In this document: in pieces, positions 54,168 through 64,000 of the stretch
Numbering within the stretch: the stretch's first letter is position 1
Layout: the number at the start of each line of letters is the position of its first letter
Origin: an uncultured Solirubrobacteraceae bacterium
GTDB taxonomy: Bacteria > Actinomycetota > Thermoleophilia > Solirubrobacterales > Solirubrobacteraceae
Length of the DNA stretch: 64,000 nt
Assembly: GCA_963756465.1 (NCBI GenBank)
Contig: CAVWNK010000004.1
Coordinates: forward strand, 152,203-216,202
Reading direction: 5' to 3'
Program-made: the position numbers and the translations under genes
The notes under the pieces: model-generated
The model's input: the letters and a program-made list of their open reading frames with translations, nothing else
Databases searched by the model: none
Told to the model about the DNA's origin: nothing

Positions 54168-55117
54168 ATGGGCCGCTTCATCATCCGCCGCGTCGCCGGC
54201 ATGGTCGTCGTGATGTTCGCCGTCTCGGTGCTGACGTTTTTGATCTTCAACGTCATCCCCAACGGCAACCCCGCCGATCGCATGGCGGGCAAGAACTCGA
54301 CCCCCGTGCAGATCGCGGCGATCGAGAAGGAGTGGGGCTTCGACGAGCCGCTGCCCGTGCAGTACGTCACGACGATGGAGAAGGTCTTCACGGGCGACCT
54401 CGTCTCCTACACGACGCAGACCGACGTCGTCGAGGAGATCATCCGCGGCGCGCCGCGAACGTTCGCGCTGGCGATCGGCGCGGCGCTGCTGTGGTTTGCG
54501 ATGGGCACGGCGCTCGGGCTCTATACGGCGATGCGCTCGGGCCGCTGGACGGACACGCTCGTGACCGTGCTCGCGCTGATCGGGGTCTCGATGCCGGTCT
54601 TCTGGCTCGGCGCGCTGGCGAGCTACTACCTCGGCTTCAAGCTCGGCCTGTTCCCCAACGGCGGTTACTCGGAGATCGGCGAGGCCGGCCTGTGGGAGTG
54701 GGTCAAGCACATGATCCTGCCCTGGTGCGTGCTTGCGACGCTGTTCGTCGGCGTCTACTCGCGCGTGCTGCGCTCCAACGTCCTGGACACGATCAACGAC
54801 GACTACGTCCGCACGGCGCGCGCGAAGGGGCTCAGCGAGCGCCGCGTGATGCTCCACCACGTCCTGCGCAACTCGCTGATCCCGATCGTGACGCTGTGGG
54901 GGCTGGACTTCGGCGCCGTCCTCGGCGGCGGCGCGATCCTCACCGAGACGGTCTTCGACCTGCAGGGCGTCGGCCAGTACTTCGCCGAGTCGATCGACCA
55001 GCTCGACGTGCCGCCGGTGCTCGCGGTGACGCTCTTCGGCGCGTTCTTCATCGTCCTGCTCAACACGCTCGTCGACATCGTCTACGCGGCGCTCGATCCG
55101 CGGATCAGGCTGTCCTA

Positions 55118-55118
<1 letters not shown>
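54168..55118 (+). CDS. ABC peptide transporter permease (DppB/OppB type)
   Basis: MGRFIIRRVAGMVVVMFAVSVLTFLIF... and DYVRTARAKGLSERRVMLHHVLRN. Confidence 0.9.
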
Positions 55119-56184
<1,066 letters not shown>

Positions 56185-56188
<4 letters not shown>

Positions 56189-57318
56189 CGACGAGCGCCG
56201 AAACCGCGCCCGTCGCCAGCAACGGCGACGGCGAATCGCCGGTGCTGCTCGCCGCCGACCACCTCAAGCAGTACTTCCCGATCAAGAAGGGCCTGCTGAT
56301 CGACCGCGTCGTCGGCAACGTGCATGCCGTCGACGACGTGACGCTGCACCTGCGCGAAGGCGAGACGCTCGGCCTCGTCGGCGAGTCGGGCTGCGGCAAG
56401 ACGACGCTGTCGCGCACGATCATGCGGCTGCTGGACCCGACCGCCGGCACGATCAGCTTCCGCGGCCAGGACATCACGAAGGCCGGCCGCAGCGCGCTGA
56501 AGCCGGTGCGGCGCGAGATGCAGATGGTCTTCCAGGATCCGTTCGCATCGCTGAACCCACGCAAGCGCATCGGTCAGATCATCGGCGCGCCGCTGGCGCT
56601 GCACGGCGTCGGCAAGGAGCAGATCGCCGCGCGCTCGGCCGAGCTGCTGGACCGTGTCGGCCTGCAGCACGAGCACCTCAGCCGCTTCCCGCACGAGTTC
56701 TCGGGCGGGCAGCGCCAGCGCATCGGGATCGCCCGCGCGCTCGCGCTCGAGCCGAAGCTGATCGTGCTCGATGAGCCCGTCAGCGCGCTCGACGTCTCGA
56801 TCCAGGCGCAGATCGTCAACCTGCTCGACGACCTCCAGGACGCGCTCGGTCTGACGTACCTCTTCGTCGCCCACGACCTCTCCGTCGTGCGCCACGTGTC
56901 CGACCGGATCGCGGTGATGTACCTCGGGCGGATCATGGAGCTGTCGCCGTCAGAGGAGCTCTACGTCAAGCCGATCCACCCCTACACCCGCGCGCTGCTG
57001 TCGGCGATCCCGATCCCCGACCCGCGCGAGAACCGCGCTCGCGAGCGCGTCGTCATCAGCGGCGAGCCACCGTCACCGGTCGATCCGCCGCCCGGCTGCG
57101 TCTTCAGCACGCGCTGCCCGCGCGTCCAGGACGTCTGCCGCGCAGAGGTCCCGCGGCTGAGCGAGTACGCCGGCGGCCACCTCGCCGCCTGCCACTTCCC
57201 GCTCAACGTGACCGCCGCCGAGGCCGCCGCCTCGACGCGCTCGGACGCCAGCCCCGCCGTCGCGTCAGACAGCGTGCCGCAGGTACCCTCCAGCGCGACG
57301 TCCGCCACCACGAGATGA
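56185..57318 (+). CDS. ABC peptide transporter ATP-binding protein (DppF/OppF type)
   Basis: [43 protein letters not shown] overlap. Confidence 0.9.
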
Positions 57319-57405
57319 CCGGTTCCGAATGGACGTGCCTGCGGGGGCAGGTCAGGGCGCCGATCCTGGCCTGTCATCCGTAGGTGCGTACATTTGGAAC
57401 CGGTC
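57317..57405. other. 89-nt structured inverted-repeat element: 15-bp closing stem plus two inner hairpins
   Basis: GACCGGTTCCGAATG (57317-57331) pairs with CATTTGGAACCGGTC (57391-57405) with one G-T wobble. Inner CCTGC-GGG-GCAGG hairpin. The element starts inside the dppF stop codon and ends 5 nt before the tRNA. Confidence 0.5.
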
Positions 57406-57410
57406 ATCCA

Positions 57411-57483
57411 GCCCCAGTAGCTCAGTGGACAGAGCGACCGCCTCCTAAGCGGTAGGCCGCAGGTTCGACTCCTGCCTGGGGCA
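57411..57483 (+). tRNA. tRNA-Arg (anticodon CCT)
   Basis: Cloverleaf folded by hand. Acceptor GCCCCAG/CTGGGGC, D arm GCTC/GAGC, anticodon arm ACCGC-CTCCTAA-GCGGT, T arm GCAGG-TTCGACT-CCTGC, discriminator A. 73 nt, CCA not encoded. Confidence 0.93.
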
Positions 57484-57487
57484 CTGC

Positions 57488-57505
57488 AGCCGCGCGGCAG
57501 CGGCT
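57488..57505. terminator. Short GC hairpin (AGCCGC-gcggca-GCGGCT) between the tRNA and the convergent peptidase gene. Possible bidirectional terminator.
   Basis: 6-bp perfect stem, no U-tract. It overlaps the peptidase stop codon. Confidence 0.25.
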
Positions 57506-60500
57506 ACGTACCGCCGCCGAGCAGGGTGCCCAGCGCCGTGCCGAGCAGGGCGCGGCGATCGGCGTCGGTCGCGAGCTGCTCGAGGCCGAAGCCCAGCAGC
57601 AGCGTGTCGCGCGTCGACGTGCCGGCATAGAAGTTCACGAGCCGCTCGCCGATCGCCCAGTCGCCCGAGTTCGGCGGGCTGCCGGGCGGCGGTCCGGCAG
57701 GCGTCCAGGCGCTCGTCGCGCCCTCGAAGCCGTCGCGCGTCGTCGTGGCGTCGATCGTCAGGCGCGTGTCGTCGACGAACACGCCGACGCCGCCGGTGCT
57801 CGGGTCGGTGACGTACGTGATCGAGACCTCGACCTGCCGGCCGGCGTACGCCGACAGGTCGTAGGCGAGCTGCCGCCATCCGTCGGTCGCGTTGGAGATC
57901 GTGTTCCACGCGCCGCTGGAGCCCGGCGCCGTGCAGTCGGCGCCGCCGAGGTAGTGCGCGAGGAACGGGTGCAGCGCGAGCAGGAAGCCCGCCGCGCACT
58001 CCGCCGGCACGTCGGTCGTCGTCGCGCCGCCGGCCTCGGGCAGCGTCGTCCAGTCGTCGCCGCCGGGGGTGTGCGCCTCGACGATCACCTGGTCGTAGGC
58101 GGGCTCGATGTTCGCCGACAGCTGGAATGCGAGCTGGGCGCTCGTCGCCGCCGTCAGGTCGATCGTCCGCGTCAGGCGCATGTAGGAGTTGTCGGCGTGC
58201 AGCGCGCCCGCGTAGCGATCGCCCTCGATCGGCGCGAACGGGCTGCCCGCGCCGAGCGGGTACAGCGCTGCGCCCGCGCTCGCGAACTGCGGGAAGTCGG
58301 CGGCCGGCAGCACGTCGCTGGTCGGCTGGAAGACGCCCGCCTCGTCGAGCGGGTTGTCGCCCGTGACGACCGGCCCCCCGAGCGTGCCCTCGTAGCCGTC
58401 GATCGGGTCCGCGATCCCGGACACGCTCGCCGGGTCGGGGAAGTCGGTGCGCGCGAACGCGCCGAGGTAGTACTGGCGGAAGTCGTCGGCGAGCAGCAGG
58501 CACTCCTCGAAGAAGCCCGCGACCGAGGTGACGACGCACTCCGCGGTCCGATCGCCGTTGAGGCCGTAGAAGACGCCGCCGACGGCGTCGCCGATCCCCG
58601 GCAGGCCCTGGTACTGCGCCGTCTCGCCGGCGTGGATCAGCTTGCCGCCCTCGTTGAGGTAGTCGCGCACGGCGATCGTCAGGTCCTGCTGGCGCTCGGC
58701 GACCGCGATGTCGGGCAGCGGGCCGAACGGCGTGTCGATCAGCTCGTCGGCCGGATCCTGCGTGAGGCGGTTGTCGCCGAGGTACCAGACGACGGCGTCG
58801 TAGTGGCTCAGGACGCCGAGGTCGTGCGGCACCCCCTGCGCGTCGACGTCCCAGACGTCGGCTCGATAGCCGGCCGCCTGCAGCGCGGCGACGTACCGCG
58901 CCGCGTACTTCGGTGCGTTCGTGCCCGCCGGATAGGTCGGGTTGACGCCCGTGTAGTCCTCGTTGGCGAGGACGAGCACGCGCGCCCCGCTGTCGGAGGC
59001 GACGGTGTAGGTGAAGCGCGAGCTGCGCACGAGCCCGTGCCTGCGCTTGGCGCCCGTGAACCAGACCTCGACCCTGTCGCCCGCGCGGGCGCCGCGGACG
59101 GCGCCGCGCAGCTCGGCGTAGTAGTCGTCGTTCTCGTCGCCGTAGCGCTCGCCGCCGGCCCACTCCCGCGCGCGCACGCTGCGCGCCCGCCCGCCGTTGA
59201 TGCGGTAGTTCATGCGCACGCCCGTGAGCGCGCGCTTGGCGGTGACGGCGACCGTCTGCGGGTCGCCGTAGGAGACGTCGAAGCTGTCGACGCGGAAGTC
59301 CTCGGCGCGCCGGCCGACGACGGACTCCGGGTCGGCGGGATCGGCGGCGGACTTCGCGACCGACAGCGCGAACGGGATGTTCTTCTCGAACTCGGCCTGC
59401 ACGAGGCCCTCGTCGTCGGGGAACTCGAAGCCGCTGCCGCAGTCCGCGGGATCCCACTCGTCGTCGGGGTCGACGGCCGAGGCGACCGCGCAGGTCGACA
59501 TCTCGGGCGTGAAGCCGAGCGTGCCGTAGGCCTCGGTCATGTGCGTGTCGGTGTCGCCGTTGGTCGTGTAGAGCTCGGCCGAGATGTCGGGGTCGTAGCC
59601 GGGCACGGCGGGGTTGGCGTCGTCGCCGGCCATCGTCTCGTAGATGATGTCGTCGGGCGTCGGCGTGGCAACCTGCCAGCCGGTCCCGTACAGCAGCAGC
59701 TCGGCGGCCGAGTGGTAGTTGACGAGGAAGCGGAAGTCGACGCGCCGGACGAACGCGTCGAGCGCCCTCGTCTCGGGCTCGGAGGCGGGGCTCGGCCCGC
59801 GGTAGGTCTCGCTCGACGGACTGGGGGACGACCCCTCGTTGTCGTAGCCCCACTTCGTCGCCTGGTTGCGGTTGAGGTCGACGCCGTCGCCGGCCGTGAT
59901 CTGACCGTCACCGTTGTTGTCGCGCAGGTTCTTGCGCCACAGCCGCTGGCCGGGCTGGAAGGTGAAGTCGTAACCGTCGGGGTTGGCGACGGGGACGAAC
60001 CACAGCTCGTTGTCGTCGACGAGCCGGCGCAGCGTCTTGCTCTTCGCGTAGCCGTCGACGACGTGGTGCATGAGCCGGCGCATCATCTCGGGCGTGATCC
60101 ACTCGCGCGCGTGCTGCGCGCCGAGGTACAGCACCGACGGCTTGGAGCCGTCGCGCTTCGTGCGGGCGTCGCGCGAGACCTTCAGCGCGACGATCGCCTG
60201 GCCGTTGTGCGTGGTCCCGATCGTCACGAGCTTCGTGATCTTCGGGTTGTCGGCCGCGGCCCGCGCGAACTCCGCCTTCAGGCCGCCGGCGCCGGAGTAC
60301 ATGCGAAACACGTCCATCGCCGTGGCGGCCTTCGCCGTCGCGCGCTGCGCGACGGTCACGCCGCCGACCTTCTTGGGCGCCAGCTCGACGCCGTCGCGGG
60401 CGAGCGCCGCCGCCTGGCGGCCGCTCATGATCGCCTCGACGCGCATCGTCGCCTTGCGCCCCTTGCCGATGGCGACCGAGGACAGGTCGAGCTCGTGGCG

Positions 60501-60671
60501 GTCGATCCCGAGCGCGACGATCTCGCGCAGCCCGGCGGCGCTGACGACGCCCGTGTAGACGTCCTGGCGCTCCAGGGCCGTGTTCGTGCCCTTGGGCGCG
60601 GCCGATGCCGCGGGCGCAGATGCCAGCAGCACGAGCAGGGTTGAGAGGGTCGCGACAGAGAACCGGTTCAC
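57504..60671 (-). CDS. Secreted M14-family zinc carboxypeptidase with a ~600-aa C-terminal extension
   Basis: GTG 60671 after GGAG. Signal peptide LSTLLVLLASAPAASA. Zn motif GAQHAREWITPE. VDLNRN, YHSAAELLLYG. Confidence 0.88.
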   Translation of the reverse strand: MNRFSVATLSTLLVLLASAPAASAAPKGTNTALERQDVYTGVVSAAGLREIVALGIDRHELDLSSVAIGKGRKATMRVEAIMSGRQAAALARDGVELAPKKVGGVTVAQRATAKAATAMDVFRMYSGAGGLKAEFARAAADNPKITKLVTIGTTHNGQAIVALKVSRDARTKRDGSKPSVLYLGAQHAREWITPEMMRRLMHHVVDGYAKSKTLRRLVDDNELWFVPVANPDGYDFTFQPGQRLWRKNLRDNNGDGQITAGDGVDLNRNQATKWGYDNEGSSPSPSSETYRGPSPASEPETRALDAFVRRVDFRFLVNYHSAAELLLYGTGWQVATPTPDDIIYETMAGDDANPAVPGYDPDISAELYTTNGDTDTHMTEAYGTLGFTPEMSTCAVASAVDPDDEWDPADCGSGFEFPDDEGLVQAEFEKNIPFALSVAKSAADPADPESVVGRRAEDFRVDSFDVSYGDPQTVAVTAKRALTGVRMNYRINGGRARSVRAREWAGGERYGDENDDYYAELRGAVRGARAGDRVEVWFTGAKRRHGLVRSSRFTYTVASDSGARVLVLANEDYTGVNPTYPAGTNAPKYAARYVAALQAAGYRADVWDVDAQGVPHDLGVLSHYDAVVWYLGDNRLTQDPADELIDTPFGPLPDIAVAERQQDLTIAVRDYLNEGGKLIHAGETAQYQGLPGIGDAVGGVFYGLNGDRTAECVVTSVAGFFEECLLLADDFRQYYLGAFARTDFPDPASVSGIADPIDGYEGTLGGPVVTGDNPLDEAGVFQPTSDVLPAADFPQFASAGAALYPLGAGSPFAPIEGDRYAGALHADNSYMRLTRTIDLTAATSAQLAFQLSANIEPAYDQVIVEAHTPGGDDWTTLPEAGGATTTDVPAECAAGFLLALHPFLAHYLGGADCTAPGSSGAWNTISNATDGWRQLAYDLSAYAGRQVEVSITYVTDPSTGGVGVFVDDTRLTIDATTTRDGFEGATSAWTPAGPPPGSPPNSGDWAIGERLVNFYAGTSTRDTLLLGFGLEQLATDADRRALLGTALGTLLGGGT

Positions 60672-60801
60672 GGCAGGCTCCGTTCGTGGACATCGACCGA
60701 ATGCAGATCCGAGCCTACCCCTTCGGACGCGCCCGCGCACGATCCTCGCCACGCACTCCCGGCGCGCTCGCAGCACATCGCCGTGCCAGACTCGCCGCTT
60801 G

Positions 60802-61209
60802 ATGGAGTGCAAGCGCCGGTTCGTCACCGCGATCCAGGTCAAGCTGCTCAACCCGCCGATCCGGTGGCTTGCGGCGCGCGGCCTCGTGCCGGGCGTCGCG
60901 CTGCTGGAGACGACCGGGCGCACGAGCGGCGAGCCGCGCCGCACGCCGGTCTCCGACGGCCTGCAGCGCGGCACGGACACGTTCTGGATCGTCGCCGAGA
61001 TGGGCCGCAAGGCCGCCTACGTGCGCAACATCGAGGCCCAGCCACGGGTCCGGATCCGCGTGCGCGGGCGCTGGCGCAGCGGCACGGCGCAGGTGCTCGA
61101 CGACGACGACCCGCGCGCGCGCCTGCGCTCGATCTCGCGCCTGAACGCCGCCGGCGTGCGCGCGCTGGGCACCGACCTGACCGTCCTCCGGGTCGACCTC
61201 GACCCGTAG
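60802..61209 (+). CDS. DUF385 / deazaflavin (F420)-dependent nitroreductase-family protein
   Basis: LNPPIRWLAARG...LLETTGRTSGEPRRTPV...YVRNIEAQPRVRI. Confidence 0.75.
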   Translation: MECKRRFVTAIQVKLLNPPIRWLAARGLVPGVALLETTGRTSGEPRRTPVSDGLQRGTDTFWIVAEMGRKAAYVRNIEAQPRVRIRVRGRWRSGTAQVLDDDDPRARLRSISRLNAAGVRALGTDLTVLRVDLDP

Positions 61210-61238
61210 GAGTAGGCCGCGCCAACGCCCCACGATGC

Positions 61239-61352
61239 GTGATCGAGCGACACGTGCGGCGCGCCCAACCATGAGGAGTGTCGACCGATCACGCCATACC
61301 TGATCGAGCCACACCCCGTCCCGCAGCCGGGCATCGGTGTGTCGGTCGATCA
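61239..61352. repeat. Two tandem ~62-bp imperfect palindromic units in a convergent intergenic region
   Basis: Unit 1 arms are GTGATCGAGCGACAC (61239-61253) and GTGTCGACCGATCAC (61278-61292). Unit 2 arms are TGATCGAGCCACAC (61301-61314) and GTGTCGGTCGATCA (61339-61352). Confidence 0.6.
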
Positions 61353-61467
61353 CGCGAGCGCCTCCAGCCCCTCCTCGTCGATGCTGTTCCTGCCGGGGCG
61401 CGGCGGCGTCGGTGGTTGCTTCAGCCGACCGATCCGCCGGCTGGACACCCTCCTCGGGACGACGTAC

Positions 61468-62016
61468 CTAGCGGTCGGGACGCTCGGGATAGACGTCGTC
61501 GATCGTGACGAGCGCCACGTACGGCGCCCCGGCCGCCGCCGCGATCCGCTCGCCTCCGCCGGCGAGGCGGTCGAGCACGCTGACGACGCCGACGATCTCG
61601 TGGCCGGCCTCCTGCAGGGCCGCGATCGCCGCGATCGTCGAGCCGCCCGTGCTGACGACGTCCTCGACGACGAGGCAGCGGTCCTCGGGCACGAGCAAAG
61701 GACCCTCGATCCGCCGCGACAGGCCGTGGCGCTTGACCTCCTTGCGCACGAAGAAGCCCTTGACGTCGGCGCCGCCGGCGAGCGCGGCGCAGGTGACGGC
61801 GTCGGCGCCCATCGTCATGCCGCCGACGGCGGTCGCCTCCCACCGCGCCGCGTGCTCGGCGAGCAACTCGCCGAGCGCCATGAAGCCCGCGCGCCGCAGG
61901 ATCGCCCGCTTGGCGTCGACGTAGTACTGGGCCTTGACCCCGCTCGTCAGCGTCACCTCGCCGAGGACGAGCGCGTGCGCGCGCAACTCCTCCGCCAATC
62001 GTCCACTCGCGCTCAT
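61468..62016 (-). CDS. pyrE: Orotate phosphoribosyltransferase
   Basis: GEVTLTSG..YYVD. PRPP motif CLVVEDVVSTGGS. Confidence 0.93.
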   Translation of the reverse strand: MSASGRLAEELRAHALVLGEVTLTSGVKAQYYVDAKRAILRRAGFMALGELLAEHAARWEATAVGGMTMGADAVTCAALAGGADVKGFFVRKEVKRHGLSRRIEGPLLVPEDRCLVVEDVVSTGGSTIAAIAALQEAGHEIVGVVSVLDRLAGGGERIAAAAGAPYVALVTIDDVYPERPDR

Positions 62017-62036
62017 AGCTGCCGTACCTTAGAGCC

Positions 62037-62396
62037 GTGATCGAACGCCTCCTTCGCACGCTCGCCATCGTGCTCAGCCTGATCGTCGCGTCCGGCTTCG
62101 TGCTGTTCGCGATGGACGACTTCGACCGCGCGTCGAGCTCCTCGCGGACGCGCATCGCCGGCGACCCTGCCGCCGCCGATCCGACGCCCGCCGGAGAGCG
62201 CGAGCGCGAGCGCCGCAACAGCAGGGGCCGCGAGTACATCGACGACGCCAACGACGGGCTGCTCAAACCGTTCGCGAGCATCTCCGAGAACGCCGACAGC
62301 CGTTGGGCGCGGCGCGGCGTCCCGGCCCTGCTCGGGCTGCTCGTCTACGGCGTCCTGCTCGGCTTCGCGTCGCGGTACGCGAAGGCGCGCGCGTAG
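62037..62396 (+). CDS. Hypothetical small membrane protein (two TM helices)
   Basis: 119 aa, high GC3. LAIVLSLIVASGFVLFA and ALLGLLVYGVLLGFA. Confidence 0.55.
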   Translation: MIERLLRTLAIVLSLIVASGFVLFAMDDFDRASSSSRTRIAGDPAAADPTPAGERERERRNSRGREYIDDANDGLLKPFASISENADSRWARRGVPALLGLLVYGVLLGFASRYAKARA

Positions 62397-62404
62397 CCGC
62401 TCAC

Positions 62405-63385
62405 TCACGGATAGACGTCGACCGGCGTCCCGATCTTGATCCAGTTGAAGACCGGCTTGGCGTCGGGGATCGGCAGGCGCAGGCAGCCGTGGCTGGCCGG
62501 ATAGATCGGCACCGACGCGTAGCCGTGCGTCGCGTAGCCGCGGATGAAGTACGCCGAGTGGACCATGCCCTTGGCGTTCGTGCCGGGCGTCTTGGAGTAG
62601 ACCTTGAACGAGCCCAAGATCGTCGGCGTGCTCGGAGCGCCCGACGAGGTCGGGTAGATGCGCCGCACGCGACCGCCCTCGATCAGCGCGATGACCTGGC
62701 GTGAGAGGTCGGCCTCGATGTGGCGGCCGTGCCTGGGGAAGCGGATCGCGAAGCGGCCCCTGCCGCTGGCGAGCGCGCGCATGACCTCGGTCGAGGCGCT
62801 CGTCGTGCGCGCCATCCCGGTCACCTTGCGAAACGCCAGCACGGCGCGCGCGGTGCGGGCGTCGAAGCGGCCTGCCGAGCCGGTGACGTAGCCCAGCCGG
62901 CGCAGGCGGCGCTGCAGCGCGCGGATCGAGGCGCCGCCGCTGCGCGGCGTGACGCGGCGCGGCAGCACGTCGACCGTGCGCGCCCGGGCGACGAACGGAC
63001 CGAGCGCGGCGCTCGCGTCGTGCGTCACGCGGATGCTCAGCGGCCCGGTACGGTTGGGCGTGTAGGACAACCGGATCGCGCCGCCGCCGGACGCGCCGGG
63101 CTGCAGCGCGACGCGCCGCGCCGCGCGCTTCTTGCCGGCGACGAAGAACCGCACGGTCACGGTTTCGCCGGGGGCGAACGCGCCCGCCGTCCCGCGCAGG
63201 CGCAGGCGCGAGCCGACGAGGGCCGTCGAGCGGGCGCCGCCGACGCGATCGACGGTCAGCGCCATCGTGGTCGGGACCGGCGCGGCGACCGCCGGCGCGG
63301 CCGGCGAGCCCGCTGTCTGGGCCTGCGCGAAGGCCGGAACGCAGGCGGTCGCCAGGAGCGCGGAGGTGACGAGAACGCATCGCAT
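62405..63385 (-). CDS. L,D-transpeptidase (YkuD) with a peptidoglycan-binding domain
   Basis: Signal peptide. PG_binding_1-like IRALQRRLRRLGY...FDARTARAVLAFRK. Catalytic HGY...SHGCLRL. Confidence 0.88.
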   Translation of the reverse strand: MRCVLVTSALLATACVPAFAQAQTAGSPAAPAVAAPVPTTMALTVDRVGGARSTALVGSRLRLRGTAGAFAPGETVTVRFFVAGKKRAARRVALQPGASGGGAIRLSYTPNRTGPLSIRVTHDASAALGPFVARARTVDVLPRRVTPRSGGASIRALQRRLRRLGYVTGSAGRFDARTARAVLAFRKVTGMARTTSASTEVMRALASGRGRFAIRFPRHGRHIEADLSRQVIALIEGGRVRRIYPTSSGAPSTPTILGSFKVYSKTPGTNAKGMVHSAYFIRGYATHGYASVPIYPASHGCLRLPIPDAKPVFNWIKIGTPVDVYP

Positions 63386-63426
63386 TCGGCGGCACTATGC
63401 CATGTGCCGCGGGCAGACGGCGACGC

Positions 63427-64000
63427 TCAGCCGCCGCTCGGCGCGGGCGTGGGCGTCGCCGGCGCCGGCCGCCGGTTGCCGACGATCCGCGCCAGCAGCC
63501 ACGCGAGTGCGAGCGCGGTCGCGGTCGAGCCAACCATCATCGCCGGGATCTGCCAGTCCCAGTCGAGGCTCGCCCCGAGCGCGATCGCGTTGTTGATCGC
63601 GTGCAGCGCGATCGCCGGATACAGCGAGCCGGTCCATTCGTAGAGCATGCACAGCGCAGCGCCGAAGATCATCAGCGGGACGAGGTAGCCGACCGGCGAC
63701 GAGCCGACGTGGATCCCGCCGAAGACGATCCCGGTGATGATCGCCGCCAGCCACGGACCGCGCCAATTGCGCAGCGCGCCGAAGAAGAAGCCGCGAAAGA
63801 AGAGTTCCTCGCCGAGCGGAGCGACGACGGTGACGAGGATCACGACGGCGAGCGCGTTGAGCAGCGGGCCGTCCGCCCCGAGCTCCTCGGGCAGGTCCTG
63901 CGTCTGGTCGAGGTCCACGAGCCCCGCCCACGCCACGCTGAGCAGCAAAAAGCCGATCCAGACGGCGACGATCAGCCCGACGCTGATCCAGAACCTCGCC
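63427..64000 (-). CDS. CPBP-family intramembrane glutamic endopeptidase (CAAX protease/Abi). 5' end outside the window.
   Basis: EELFFRGFF, GGIHV, LHAINNA. The frame stays open and hydrophobic up to position 64000. Confidence 0.8.
   Translation of the reverse strand, partial: ARFWISVGLIVAVWIGFLLLSVAWAGLVDLDQTQDLPEELGADGPLLNALAVVILVTVVAPLGEELFFRGFFFGALRNWRGPWLAAIITGIVFGGIHVGSSPVGYLVPLMIFGAALCMLYEWTGSLYPAIALHAINNAIALGASLDWDWQIPAMMVGSTATALALAWLLARIVGNRRPAPATPTPAPSGG

Noticed and set aside
57954-60644. 896-aa + strand ORF, and the N-terminal extension of the peptidase ORF up to 61010
   Set aside because: The + strand ORF is antisense to the M14 carboxypeptidase. The peptidase itself starts at GTG 60671, directly before its signal peptide and after a GGAG.
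57411-61010. tRNA-Arg as the anchor of an integrated genomic island
   Set aside because: There is no integrase, no direct repeat of the tRNA 3' end and no compositional break. The adjacent gene is an ordinary convergent peptidase.

Overview
Very GC-rich bacterial chromosome segment. Third codon positions are almost all G/C, and the gene content looks actinobacterial: fused cobA-hemD, DUF3107, and a DUF385 F420-type enzyme. This lineage call is an inference. About 60 densely packed genes, many joined by NTGA start/stop overlaps. I saw no transposase, integrase, CRISPR array or rRNA. There is one tRNA, Arg-CCT.

Most of the window is housekeeping:
- ychF, rarA, pyrE, dtd, pfk, galT, birA
- heme and siroheme genes (sirC, hemA, hemC, cobA-hemD) directly behind ccmABCD
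- a Dpp/Opp-type ABC importer
- a PAS histidine kinase, a receiver, and a receiver-GGDEF-EAL module
- phospholipid enzymes, peptidases, and a large repeat-rich surface protein

The standout is 32165-37864, a lasso-peptide-type RiPP cluster. It contains an ABC exporter, a PF14907-like nucleotidyltransferase, PqqD/B1, a transglutaminase-like B2, and an Asn-synthetase-like PP-loop enzyme that lacks the usual N-terminal domain. After these comes a 55-aa precursor that is not listed as its own ORF in the track. Its leader fits YxxPxLx3Gx5Tx, and its core is GGLFGDRSDGLLILVKYGGGGGGGVVNGS. A convergent HPr-kinase-like gene overlaps the precursor's 3' end.

Other points worth a second look:
- four indel-type frame disruptions (surface protein twice, ABC ATPase, helicase)
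- two membrane-protein genes with probable CTG starts
- an ALDH homolog without the catalytic Cys
- a cytochrome c lipoprotein fused to a Cys-rich repeat domain
- a single-TM FtsH paralog
- a recent PAS-domain duplication
- structured inverted-repeat elements next to the tRNA and next to pyrE

All family assignments come from motif reading by eye. No searches were run.
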